From IMG/VR virus record IMGVR_UViG_3300044719_000150: 64,000 nucleotides of DNA, one strand, 5' to 3'. Position 1 is the first letter of the stretch, and each line of letters opens with the position of its first letter. The position numbers were made by a program, and so were the translations under genes. Origin of the DNA: a virus. Its lineage: Duplodnaviria > Heunggongvirae > Uroviricota > Caudoviricetes. Below, piece after piece: positions 54,191 through 62,995 of this stretch. The notes under the pieces were generated by a model that made no database searches, was not told the DNA's origin, and saw only the letters and a program-made list of their open reading frames with translations.

Positions 54191-55714
54191 GTGATGATCA
54201 CCCCGAAACGAACGCTCGCAGTCGCCTGCACCCTCGCCCTCGCCCTCCCCGCTACGGCGCGCGCCTCAGTGCAGGTGGGCGGCCCCTTCGTCGGCTCGAC
54301 CGGCTTCTACGACTACTCGCCCTCCTCCATCCGCGACGCGAACACCGAGACCGTGTGGTGGTGCGGCGACACGGCCAGCCATCAGACCGACTCCATCCTC
54401 GAAGAGCAGTACAGCCTCGCGGGGTGGACCGTCGCGGTCCCCGAGCGCCAGGTGCTCGCTGAAGGCCCTGCGGGCAGCTGGGATTCCATGTTCACCTGCA
54501 ATCCGAGCGTGGTTGAGGGCAGTTTCGCCAATCCGTTCGGCGACGGGCAGAACTACACGTACGCGATGTACTACGTCGGCACGACCAGCGGCTCGGACAA
54601 CTCGATCGGGGCCGCGTTCTCGAACGACGGCGGCACGTGGCGCAAGTACCCGACGCCGGTCGTGCGGTTCACGGACACCGGCCACGGCTACTACGGGTAC
54701 GGCCAGCCGAACGCGGCGATCGTGAACGGCCAAGTCGAACTTTTGTTCGAGGATAGCGACGCCTCGCCCCAGTCGGGGCCGGTGCGCTCCCACGCCGCGT
54801 TTCCGGCTCGCCCGCAGGCCCAGCACGTCCTCGGCCGGGCAGTGGCTGCGGCGTTGACAACGCATTGGTACACGGTCAGCAGCGACGGCGCGCACTTCGG
54901 TCCGCCGGTCCCGATCGCCTCGTCCGGACTGCCCGATCCGACGCCCTCCTGGGGCGGCGCGGCATTCGACCCCCAGGACGGCCGGTGGTACGCGCTCTTC
55001 AACGGACCGTTCCGCCCGGCGGCAACCACAGGTTCTGTCGCGGAGCGCGGGCAGGTCGGCGTCACGCTCTACGCGACCAGCAGCCTGGCCAGCGGCCCGT
55101 GGATCGAGCTGGGCACCATCGACACGGCCGTCACGGGCAGCGAGGCGAACTTCATCGCAGGCATGGTGCGCGATCCGGGCGGCAACCTGTCGCCAGCTTT
55201 CCTGCCCGGAATCAAGATCGACCTGTCCCAGTCGTGGCCGCGACCGGCGTACAACGCGTTCGGCCCCCAGCTCGGCGCCAGCGGCGCGTTCAACAACTGG
55301 CAGATCGGTTGGGCGCTTTGGAACCAGGGCGCGCCGTACCGCGCCCTGCAACGCGTGGACTACTCCGGCGGCCACCACGAGGTCACCACCGGCTGGTGGG
55401 ACGCGTCGGTCTACCACCTGGAGAACGTGAACCTCGGCAAGCTCGCCGAAGCCCCTACCAGTACCGCGACCGTCCCGGTGTACTTGTGCAAGGCGGCGGC
55501 CACCGACTACGTGGACACGCTTCACGCGGACTGCACTGGCTGGTATCAGGCCGGGCTGCTCGGCTACATCTCCCCGGCGCCCGGCACGGGGCTGATCCCG
55601 ATCTACTCGTGCATCAGCCCCGCCGGGCATTTCGTCTCTCCGGATCCGGCTTGCGAAGGTCAGAGCACTGACACTCTTGAACCGGGCGGCCTACTGGGCT
55701 ACGCCCAGCCCTGA
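54191..55714 (+). CDS. secreted protein (signal peptide; possible glycoside-hydrolase-like beta-propeller)
   Basis: N-terminal signal peptide MITPKRTLAVACTLALALPATARA; 507 aa; TATAGT and GGAGAAG lie upstream. Confidence 0.6.
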   Translation: MMITPKRTLAVACTLALALPATARASVQVGGPFVGSTGFYDYSPSSIRDANTETVWWCGDTASHQTDSILEEQYSLAGWTVAVPERQVLAEGPAGSWDSMFTCNPSVVEGSFANPFGDGQNYTYAMYYVGTTSGSDNSIGAAFSNDGGTWRKYPTPVVRFTDTGHGYYGYGQPNAAIVNGQVELLFEDSDASPQSGPVRSHAAFPARPQAQHVLGRAVAAALTTHWYTVSSDGAHFGPPVPIASSGLPDPTPSWGGAAFDPQDGRWYALFNGPFRPAATTGSVAERGQVGVTLYATSSLASGPWIELGTIDTAVTGSEANFIAGMVRDPGGNLSPAFLPGIKIDLSQSWPRPAYNAFGPQLGASGAFNNWQIGWALWNQGAPYRALQRVDYSGGHHEVTTGWWDASVYHLENVNLGKLAEAPTSTATVPVYLCKAAATDYVDTLHADCTGWYQAGLLGYISPAPGTGLIPIYSCISPAGHFVSPDPACEGQSTDTLEPGGLLGYAQP

Positions 55715-55727
55715 CGCGCAGGCGGCA

Positions 55728-55901
55728 TTAGTCGTGGAAGACTAGGATCAGCAGCGCGACGGCGCAGAGCCATACCGCGAACACGCCGACGGCGAAGCCG
55801 CCCATGCACGCCAGCGCCATCGCAGGCGCCGAGAAGTGGAAGAACAGCACCGGCGAGAGCGTCGTGAAGCCGATCAGCATGCCAGCCAGGATGAGAGGCA
55901 T
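55728..55901 (-). CDS. hypothetical membrane protein (start uncertain; the ORF extends to 55976)
   Basis: Hydrophobic helices. Confidence 0.35.
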   Translation of the reverse strand: MPLILAGMLIGFTTLSPVLFFHFSAPAMALACMGGFAVGVFAVWLCAVALLILVFHD

Positions 55902-56401
55902 CAGGCGCTCACTTTCAAGGGCGCCAGCGGTTCGGTGATGCAGGTCCGGGTGCGCGGATGACTGGTCAGGTGCCACCAGCCGCAGCCGCGCTTCTCGCCC
56001 TGCGGGTCGCAGTAGTACGCGGCGACCGGGATGTGGTCCTCGGGCCCGTGCGTGCGCGCCAACACCGCCAGGGCGTCGGCGGCCTCCCGCTGGCTCCCAT
56101 AACGCTTCTTGTCCCAGAAGGGGCAGCGCTCCGCCCGCAGAGCCTGCTCCCGCGCCTTCTCCTCCGCCCGCGCCTTGAGGCGCTGCAAGACGGCTGCGGC
56201 CATCGCAAGCTCAGCGAGCCGCGCGCAATCCTCGGCCGTGGACCCCTCGACGTGGATCGCGCCGACGTGCTGCGGCAGGCCCTCCGCGTGGAGAGTCCAG
56301 TTCAGCTTCCCGCTCTCGTTGGTGACAATCAAAGAGACGTCCGCACCCTCCTGGATGCGGACGAGCCAATCAAGGAACTGAGACGGCGTCCTTTTCGCCA
56401 T
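55901..56401 (-). CDS. hypothetical protein
   Basis: RBS GAGGAGG before the ATG. Confidence 0.55.
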   Translation of the reverse strand: MAKRTPSQFLDWLVRIQEGADVSLIVTNESGKLNWTLHAEGLPQHVGAIHVEGSTAEDCARLAELAMAAAVLQRLKARAEEKAREQALRAERCPFWDKKRYGSQREAADALAVLARTHGPEDHIPVAAYYCDPQGEKRGCGWWHLTSHPRTRTCITEPLAPLKVSA

Positions 56402-56642
56402 TCGGGTCCTCCTCGGGGTCTAGGCCGGGCCGCCCAGCACCGGCGCACTCGTATAGCTTGCGGTCTCGCCACTCGCCGTGCCAGAGGATGGTGCGCTCCT
56501 CGGTGGCACAGCGCGGCGTGAAGCAGGTCGGGCACAGCAGCGTGAGGGGGGCGCGCTGGACCAGGCTCGGCGGCAGCTCGGCGACGCCCCTCTCCGGGCG
56601 TACTTTGCTGGCAAATCTTCCCTTGCCGGGAAATGCGGACAC
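56370..56642 (-). CDS. hypothetical Cys-rich protein (GTG start)
   Basis: RBS AAGGAAGG; motif GTGATACGTTAGTATC immediately upstream. Confidence 0.45.
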   Translation of the reverse strand: MSAFPGKGRFASKVRPERGVAELPPSLVQRAPLTLLCPTCFTPRCATEERTILWHGEWRDRKLYECAGAGRPGLDPEEDPNGEKDAVSVP

Positions 56643-56671
56643 GCGTCCTTCCTTTCATTGATACTAACGTA

Positions 56672-57055
56672 TCACAGCGACCTGCATCCCGCAGCAGCCA
56701 GGGCGCTCTCCAGAACGTCGAAATGCGGCATCGCCCGAGCCGTCCCGACTATCACATACGTCGATCCCGGCCGCTGGAAAATCTGCTGCGAGAACTGCAC
56801 CAACACTGCGTCGTGATACCGGTTCAGCTTACGGTAAGCGCAATACCGCTGATACTCGTCGTAGTTGCCCGCGATCACCATGAGCACGCCCCTCGACGGC
56901 TCCTGGTATATCGCCAGCCGCTGCGTATCCTCCTGGCCGTACTCGACGCGCCGCCGCCTGCTCCTGCGCCGGTGAACCCACCACACCACGGCCGCCACCA
57001 AGGCGGAGCCGAACATGGACGCGGCGAGCACCAGCTGCTCGACCACCGCGTTCAC
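56672..57055 (-). CDS. hypothetical membrane-anchored protein
   Basis: GTG after GGGGGAA. Confidence 0.4.
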   Translation of the reverse strand: MNAVVEQLVLAASMFGSALVAAVVWWVHRRRSRRRRVEYGQEDTQRLAIYQEPSRGVLMVIAGNYDEYQRYCAYRKLNRYHDAVLVQFSQQIFQRPGSTYVIVGTARAMPHFDVLESALAAAGCRSL

Positions 57056-57197
57056 GGACACTTCCCCCAACAGCTGTAGTTGTGCCTCGGGCACTGGTAG
57101 TCGTAGGAGGCGTACCGCCAGCACTTCAGGTGCAGCCGGTGCGAGCGGTGGTGGCAGCGCTGGTAGTATCCACGGCCGAGGATGAGGTCGATGATTC

Positions 57198-57401
57198 TCA
57201 CGGCGACCCCTGTGGTGACGGGTGGACGCACGTGTAGCTGCGGTAGTGCCGCGTCCACTGCCCGCCGGAATGCAAGCACGTGGCCCTCTCCTTGTCCCAC
57301 GCCTGGCCGATCCAGACCATCAGCCACACCATGGCGATGATCGTGAGCACGATCATCACGGCCGCCAGACCGGTCAGGCAGCCCTCACGCGCGCCCCTCA
57401 T
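57198..57401 (-). CDS. hypothetical small membrane protein
   Basis: 67 aa, hydrophobic. Confidence 0.4.
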   Translation of the reverse strand: MRGAREGCLTGLAAVMIVLTIIAMVWLMVWIGQAWDKERATCLHSGGQWTRHYRSYTCVHPSPQGSP

Positions 57402-57907
57402 CGCGACGCCCAGTCCTCGACCCAGTCCGCATCCTCCTGGCGCAGCCCTATCCTCGGGTCAACCCTCACCAGCAAGGTCGGTGTCTTCTTCGTGCGTTGC
57501 TTGCCCCACTCCAGGTCAACCTTCGTGAAGTCGTCGTCGAACCAGGCGAACGGCTCGCCGGGGACGAACTCGTCCACCACGTCGGCGGTCCACGGCCGGT
57601 TGTAGCGCTTCGGCGTGAAGTCGAGTACCGGCAACTCCGGCAGTCCGATCTTCGGCGCAATCAGCGTGTTCGCCAGCTCCATCCAACTCGTGAGCCACCA
57701 CAAATCCACCAGGCCGCCCAGCGCCAGCAGCATGGGTCCGTGCGCCGGGTTCAGCCACACGCGCATGCCGTGGCGCCCCTCGATCCACTGGCCATTGAAG
57801 TACCGGTATGTCAGGTACCCCTCCGGGCGTCGCGTCGGCTTGGCCGCGTACGGATTCAAAGGCCCATCGACGTCCAGAAACAATTTCGGCTTAACGATCA
57901 AAATCAA
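57398..57907 (-). CDS. HAD-superfamily phosphatase-like protein
   Basis: Motif I LFLDVDGPL (DxDGxL); TTG start after GGAGG. Confidence 0.55.
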   Translation of the reverse strand: MILIVKPKLFLDVDGPLNPYAAKPTRRPEGYLTYRYFNGQWIEGRHGMRVWLNPAHGPMLLALGGLVDLWWLTSWMELANTLIAPKIGLPELPVLDFTPKRYNRPWTADVVDEFVPGEPFAWFDDDFTKVDLEWGKQRTKKTPTLLVRVDPRIGLRQEDADWVEDWASR

Positions 57908-58116
57908 CCTCCGTAAATATTCGCGACGGTCCAGTACATCCTTTGCAGAAGGGCCAGCACCGTCTCTTCCGGAATACCCTGACTAACGAGCATCAGGGCG
58001 GTTTGTTCGAATTCCTCCTGCGCCCCCTTGTTCCACCAGCCATCCTCACCGGGGATCTCCTCGATCCACCACTGCAAGTAGTGGCTGAGCTGCTGCGGAG
58101 AGTCGTCGGATACCAT
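57904..58116 (-). CDS. hypothetical protein
   Basis: RBS GGGAGGG before the ATG. Confidence 0.45.
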   Translation of the reverse strand: MVSDDSPQQLSHYLQWWIEEIPGEDGWWNKGAQEEFEQTALMLVSQGIPEETVLALLQRMYWTVANIYGG

Positions 58117-58201
58117 GGGTGCCCTCCCGAAAGTAGAGGCACCCACGGTAACACCCGATCTTTGCCCTGGGATACGCTACGGCGAATTCACGCCATCGCG
58201 T

Positions 58202-58867
58202 TCAGGCGCCGTTGCACTCGCTCTTGGTGAAGGTTTCGTCCGGCCCGTACTTCGTGACCGGCTTCAGTTCGGTGGCGAACGGCGCGCCCTGCGACTTCGC
58301 GCCATTGTGGTACACGGCGTTGAACCCCCACACCCTCAGCGCCACGCGGTAGTGCCGGTCGGCCTTGCAGATCGAGTCCGAATGCAGCAGGTAGTAGTCC
58401 GGCGCCTGCGGTGGCAGGCGATTGTCCGTGAAAGTGGATTCCGGATCGTCGGCGAAGTCCCCCTCCGAGCACACGGTCCGCGAGCACGTCTGGATCGACA
58501 TGACAATCGTCACACTCCAGGGCTGGATGCGGCAGTAGCTGTGCCCCGTCCCGAGCACGACACCCGCGCCCGGCGTCAGGCCGACGCCGGGCGGAAACAG
58601 GTCGATCGAGCAGTCGCCGAACTCCATGTCGGCGGGTTGCGCCTGGCCGTGGGCGTACGCGTCCGCCGACGCGATCGGCTGGCCCCCCGCCGCGCCCGCG
58701 TTCGGCGGCGCGCTCTTGCAGGTGGTCGGCAGGCTGGGGATGCAGCCGGGGTCGGAGTTGCCGGAACCCCTCGAAGCGCCTCCCGTGGAGCCGGTGCTGC
58801 TCGCCGAGCAGGACGCTGCGCCAGCCGCGAGCATCACGGCACAAGCCGCTGAGATCATCCTCTTCAT
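58202..58867 (-). CDS. putative secreted lipoprotein, Cys-rich
   Basis: Signal peptide plus AASC lipobox; RBS GAGGGGAA. Confidence 0.6.
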   Translation of the reverse strand: MKRMISAACAVMLAAGAASCSASSTGSTGGASRGSGNSDPGCIPSLPTTCKSAPPNAGAAGGQPIASADAYAHGQAQPADMEFGDCSIDLFPPGVGLTPGAGVVLGTGHSYCRIQPWSVTIVMSIQTCSRTVCSEGDFADDPESTFTDNRLPPQAPDYYLLHSDSICKADRHYRVALRVWGFNAVYHNGAKSQGAPFATELKPVTKYGPDETFTKSECNGA

Positions 58868-58884
58868 TGGGCATTCCCCTCTCA

Positions 58885-59574
58885 TCAGGTCCAGTAGAAC
58901 AGTCGAACATCCTTGAGCCATCGCTCGACGGCGTCCCTGTCGGGTTCATCGGGCAGCACTGTGGGTGTCATGTCGAACAGCGTCTCGTAGGACGCGATCA
59001 GCTCCTCAGCCACGCCGATGTCACCTTCGGCCACCGCCTCCCCGAACTCCCGGAAGGTCTCCGGGTGCTCCAGCCGGATCACCAGCTCGCCGGTGGCGTA
59101 CAGGTGGAAGCCCTGGTAGCACAAGCGCATCAGGTGCCGGGCGTGTTTGGCGGTGCGCTTGCGGGTGTCGGCGCTGAACGAGCCGTCCCCCCGGTTCTTC
59201 AGCCGCGTGAACTGCTGCGTGGCGTAGCCGAGGTAGGCGTCGCGCACCAGCCTGGCCGACAGGAACCGGTCCCGGATGCGCAGCAGCTCCTGGCCCATGC
59301 GGGACATCTGCTCGTATCCGGACAGGAACAGCAGCTCCAGCACGGTCGGGTTGCACTTGAGTGCCAGGCGCACATACTTCAGCGCCTCGTGGAGCGTGAC
59401 GTCCGGCTCGTGCTCCACGATGCTGTCCTGTAACGCATTCAGTCCGAGCAGGTCGAGCGTGTTGTACGCGAACATGCCGAGCCGGTCTACGTCGGAGTCC
59501 GGACCAGCGAGTCCATACGCGGTCGATCCGACCACGCCGGACAGCATAATGTTGCGGTGCGGTGGGGTGTGCAT
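58885..59574 (-). CDS. putative nucleotidyltransferase (Pol-beta superfamily fold)
   Basis: GSxxxG...DSDVD pattern (SGVVGSTAYGLAGPDSDVDRLGMF); its ATG directly follows the motif GTGATACGTTAGTCCC (leaderless-type). Confidence 0.55.
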   Translation of the reverse strand: MHTPPHRNIMLSGVVGSTAYGLAGPDSDVDRLGMFAYNTLDLLGLNALQDSIVEHEPDVTLHEALKYVRLALKCNPTVLELLFLSGYEQMSRMGQELLRIRDRFLSARLVRDAYLGYATQQFTRLKNRGDGSFSADTRKRTAKHARHLMRLCYQGFHLYATGELVIRLEHPETFREFGEAVAEGDIGVAEELIASYETLFDMTPTVLPDEPDRDAVERWLKDVRLFYWT

Positions 59575-59614
59575 GGGACTAACGTATCACATACACACCC
59601 CTGCGCGCCAGGCC

Positions 59615-60520
59615 TCAGAACGCGCCGAAAGCGACCTGGTTACAGTGCAGCTTCAGCCCGTTCCGCCACATGGAGACGACCCTGTTGCGATCATCCCAGA
59701 CGCCGAGCACGTTGTAGTTGTCACGGATGTACTTATCGAACATCCACAGCTTGACAATGTCGTCGGCGTCATTGTTGTCCAACGGGCGCATGAATAGGTC
59801 ATGGTAAGGGATCAGCTTGCGGTTGGCCGCCAGCCAGCGCTCAGTGTGCTCTCGGAACTCACTCTTGCGTCCTGAGAACAGAATCACCAGAATGCCCGCC
59901 TCGTAGTGCATGCGCAGCTGTCGTGCAACCTCCAGGTTGACCAGGTCCGTCTCGACCTTGTCGAACTCGTAAGGGCCACGCCCATCGTGCAGCGCGAGAC
60001 AACCGTCCAGGTCCCAGAGCGTGCACGCGGGCAGCGACGGGTCCGGCACATACGGCACCGCGATCGGCCGGTCGTTCATCCACTCGCTGGTCAGCCGCCA
60101 GCCGCCCTTGCGAGCACCCTCCATGCTCTTCGCGAGCTTCATGATGACGCCCTCGCCGACATGGCCGACGGTGCGCTGGGCGTCGCGTTCGACGCACTTC
60201 TCGATCGGCGTGCCGGTCAGGTCGTGCACGTCGAAGACCGCGTCCGGCAGGTCGTAGAACGTGTCCTTGTAGAGCTTCGGCAAACGCTTGGTGAGATGGG
60301 TGTTGTCCAGCACTATGTCAGTACCCATACTCGCCACCGCGTGCGCTCCTTGGACCATCGCCTTGACGGCGAGGCGCTCGCGCTCCCGGGACCAGTTCTC
60401 GCCGGTGAAACCCATCATCGCCCGGTAGTCGTCCAGATTGAAACGCGGAACGCCCAGCGTGCGGGCGAACGTACTTTTGCCCGAGGCTGGCAACCCACTC
60501 ATTACGTGAATTTTCTGCAT
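59615..60520 (-). CDS. pnkp: polynucleotide kinase-phosphatase (T4 Pnkp-like: N-terminal P-loop kinase, C-terminal DxDG phosphatase)
   Basis: Walker A GLPASGKST at the N-terminus; LWDLDGCLALHDGRGPY (DxDGxL) in the C-terminal half. Confidence 0.8.
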   Translation of the reverse strand: MQKIHVMSGLPASGKSTFARTLGVPRFNLDDYRAMMGFTGENWSRERERLAVKAMVQGAHAVASMGTDIVLDNTHLTKRLPKLYKDTFYDLPDAVFDVHDLTGTPIEKCVERDAQRTVGHVGEGVIMKLAKSMEGARKGGWRLTSEWMNDRPIAVPYVPDPSLPACTLWDLDGCLALHDGRGPYEFDKVETDLVNLEVARQLRMHYEAGILVILFSGRKSEFREHTERWLAANRKLIPYHDLFMRPLDNNDADDIVKLWMFDKYIRDNYNVLGVWDDRNRVVSMWRNGLKLHCNQVAFGAF

Positions 60521-60888
60521 CTACCCCTCCTCTCGCACCCTCTTGATGCCGAAGTTCTGGCCTGCTTTGGTCGGGATCCACAGCCCGTCGCGCACGCAGC
60601 CTAGCGCGATCATCGGCTCCTGCATCACCAGCGCGGTCATGTCGCTGGCGAACATCGGCCAGTCGCGCCGCTCCTCGTCCCTCCAGTAGAAGGTGATCGA
60701 GGAGCGGCCACGGCCGTAGCCGGAGAGGGTGAGCGTGGCCCGGAACGGCTCGACCGGCCGCCAATCCGGATCCACCATGTCACCCTCATACTCATACTGG
60801 TCCACGTTCCACACGACCCGGCGGCTCTTGCCCGGATACTCCATCAGGCAGCCGTTGGCGTCGAACGGGGCCGTGCGGTCCCAGGCCA
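60521..60888 (-). CDS. hypothetical protein between the ligase and kinase genes (GTG overlapping the ligase stop)
   Basis: In-frame protein-like segment coupled on both sides (TAGTG upstream, TAGATG downstream). Confidence 0.4.
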
Positions 60889-62070
60889 CTAGCCCTCCTC
60901 GTCGGTGGCGAAAGCCCGCAGCCCGCTCGGCTTGCACGCCTTCCATGCCAGCTCGTTGATCGATTTGTTGTCGTAGAGCCGGAACAGTGCGGAGCTGTAA
61001 CCGCTCGGGACCGCCTCGGCCGCGAACTCCCTGCGTCCATTGACGGCCTTGTCGAGCACCGCCGAGTACGCCATGAGCGCCGCGACCAGCCAGGCGTCGT
61101 GCTGCTGCTGGAGCCGGTCGGAGACGTCCTGCACCCAGCGCATGAACTCGTCCGGCACATCCTGGAGCAGGTCGTCGAAGCTGCTGCCGTGGGCGAGCAC
61201 CTCCCAGACCGTCTTCTCGTTCATGCCGGTCAACACCGCGTGCAGCCGGACGTAATCCGCGAGCTTGATCTTCACCCGCAGGCCATGATCTGGGTAGTGC
61301 AGGACGTAGCCCTCCAGGTCCGAGCCCGAGCGCACCGCGCCGTTGACATCGGCGCTGCGGCCCGCGAACTCGACCAGCACGTCCAGCGGCATCTGCGGCC
61401 AGGAGCGCACCACGGAGCCGATACGCATCCAGGTCGGCGCGTGGTAGTCCACCGCCAGCTCGCCGCCGTAGGCGTTGTAGACGCCGAGCAGGACGAGATC
61501 CTGCCGTCCGCCGTGGTTGACCACGATCCGGTTGGTCGGGTACACGATCTCCGCGAGGTACGTGTTCGCCGGGTCCAGCGGGTCGGTGACCGGCCGGTCG
61601 AACTGGTCGTGCCGATCGATCCACCGCTGCGCCCACTGCGCCTGCTCCGAGATGAACGAGCCGCGCGACGCGGCCCTCCACCGCAGCTGACGCCGGTCCC
61701 AGAAGACGATGCCGAGCGAGCCGTCCACCTTGTCGTAGATGGTGAACTCGGCGTCCTGGGGCAGGTCCGGAGCCCACGGGTTGCCGTGCCCGTGCTCGGA
61801 GTAGTTGAAGAACTTCGGGAACGGCCAGGCCACGATGCGGCCGGTCTCGTCCTCGGCGATCAGTCCCCGGCAGCGCGTGGTCACGTTGTTCCAGTGGTGC
61901 CCGTACTGGACGGCCTCGGTGTAGTTGTAGATGCTCAACCCGTCGCCGGACCGGCCGACGCGAATGTGGCCCGCGTCGATCTCAGCCTGGAGCGCGCCAG
62001 GACCGAACAGCTCGTCGAGCGTGGTCATCCAGACCCCCTCTCGTGAATCAGGCTGCGGCGTGTCATCCAT
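60889..62070 (-). CDS. ATP-dependent RNA ligase (T4 Rnl-like nucleotidyltransferase motif I KxDG)
   Basis: TIYDKVDGSLGIVFW motif I; 393 aa; alternative start at 62028 after GAGAGGGGG. Confidence 0.7.
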   Translation of the reverse strand: MDDTPQPDSREGVWMTTLDELFGPGALQAEIDAGHIRVGRSGDGLSIYNYTEAVQYGHHWNNVTTRCRGLIAEDETGRIVAWPFPKFFNYSEHGHGNPWAPDLPQDAEFTIYDKVDGSLGIVFWDRRQLRWRAASRGSFISEQAQWAQRWIDRHDQFDRPVTDPLDPANTYLAEIVYPTNRIVVNHGGRQDLVLLGVYNAYGGELAVDYHAPTWMRIGSVVRSWPQMPLDVLVEFAGRSADVNGAVRSGSDLEGYVLHYPDHGLRVKIKLADYVRLHAVLTGMNEKTVWEVLAHGSSFDDLLQDVPDEFMRWVQDVSDRLQQQHDAWLVAALMAYSAVLDKAVNGRREFAAEAVPSGYSSALFRLYDNKSINELAWKACKPSGLRAFATDEEG

Positions 62071-62097
62071 TGAGTAGAGACTCTTTCATGGCCGCAA

Positions 62098-62115
62098 CAG
62101 GACTAACGTATCAGG
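62098..62115 (+). promoter_or_regulatory. motif CAGGACTAACGTATCAGG upstream of the ligase operon (minus strand); it contains the stop codon of the HTH gene
   Basis: Read directly. Confidence 0.5.
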
Positions 62116-62310
62116 AATCTGTCCAGCCGGTCCAGGGGATAATCCAACTCCTCCATCAACGCGCGCACATCAGCCACCGCAAAGCGGAACTGGCCGCCCG
62201 GCGTACGCGACGCCGGAAGACGGCCAGACTTCGCCCACTGACGCACCGTGTCGTGCACCACGCTCAGCGCGCGGGCCACCTCGCCGGTACGCAGATACTC
62301 GACCACGTTA
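62103..62310 (-). CDS. helix-turn-helix DNA-binding protein (excisionase/MerR-like HTH)
   Basis: GTG after AAGGGCGAG; LRTGEVARALSVVHDTVRQWAKSGRLP pattern. Confidence 0.55.
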
Positions 62311-62604
62311 CTCGCCCTTGAGGGCCCGAGCCGCGTCCTCCAGGGTCTGGGCGACCCCGAACCTGAAGTCCTGCACCCGGCGCTGGACATCAGCGTGGAA
62401 CTCGTCGCTGCGCCGCCGCAGCTCGTCGAGCGGGCTGGGCGCCGCGTCCTGCGGCTGCGCCTGCTCCAGCGCCTCCACCTCGGGAATCAGTGAATTGAGC
62501 GCGGCGATCACCACCTGGAGCCCGGTGGCGGGGTTACGGTCCGAACTCTGCGCCACGACCAGCGCGGACTTCAGCTTCATGCTCGTGGACGGCTCTTCAG
62601 CCAT
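62308..62604 (-). CDS. hypothetical protein
   Basis: Strong RBS AAGGAGG before the ATG. Confidence 0.5.
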   Translation of the reverse strand: MAEEPSTSMKLKSALVVAQSSDRNPATGLQVVIAALNSLIPEVEALEQAQPQDAAPSPLDELRRRSDEFHADVQRRVQDFRFGVAQTLEDAARALKGE

Positions 62605-62678
62605 ATCAACCTCCTTGAGGTAGGCCCGGCGGCGGCGCGACACTGGATCGCGGCATGCCCTTTGGCCGCCGGGACAGG

Positions 62679-62992
62679 TTATCGGCGGGTGTTGCTGTTC
62701 AGGATCGAGACTTCAAGCTCGGCGGCCTCCTGTATGGCCAGGAGTCGATCCGTGTAATTGTCACCCGCACGCTCCACGCGGGCGAACTTATCGCGCTTGA
62801 CCTCCTTGCCGCCCACCTCTTTGTACAAGTAGACGACCGTTGCGTCACCGTTCGGCTCCATGCCGACCCTCCAGACCGCCTTCGCGGCCCTCTTCCGCGA
62901 TCTGTCTAGGCGCGAACCCCGGACGATCAGCCCCACCGCAACCGCGATGAGGCTGATCACCGGAAGCGCCACCAGGATGGCGTCTCCCATGG
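62679..62992 (-). CDS. hypothetical membrane-anchored protein
   Basis: RBS GGGGGCGAAG; a transmembrane helix after the ATG. Confidence 0.45.
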
Positions 62993-62995
62993 GGA

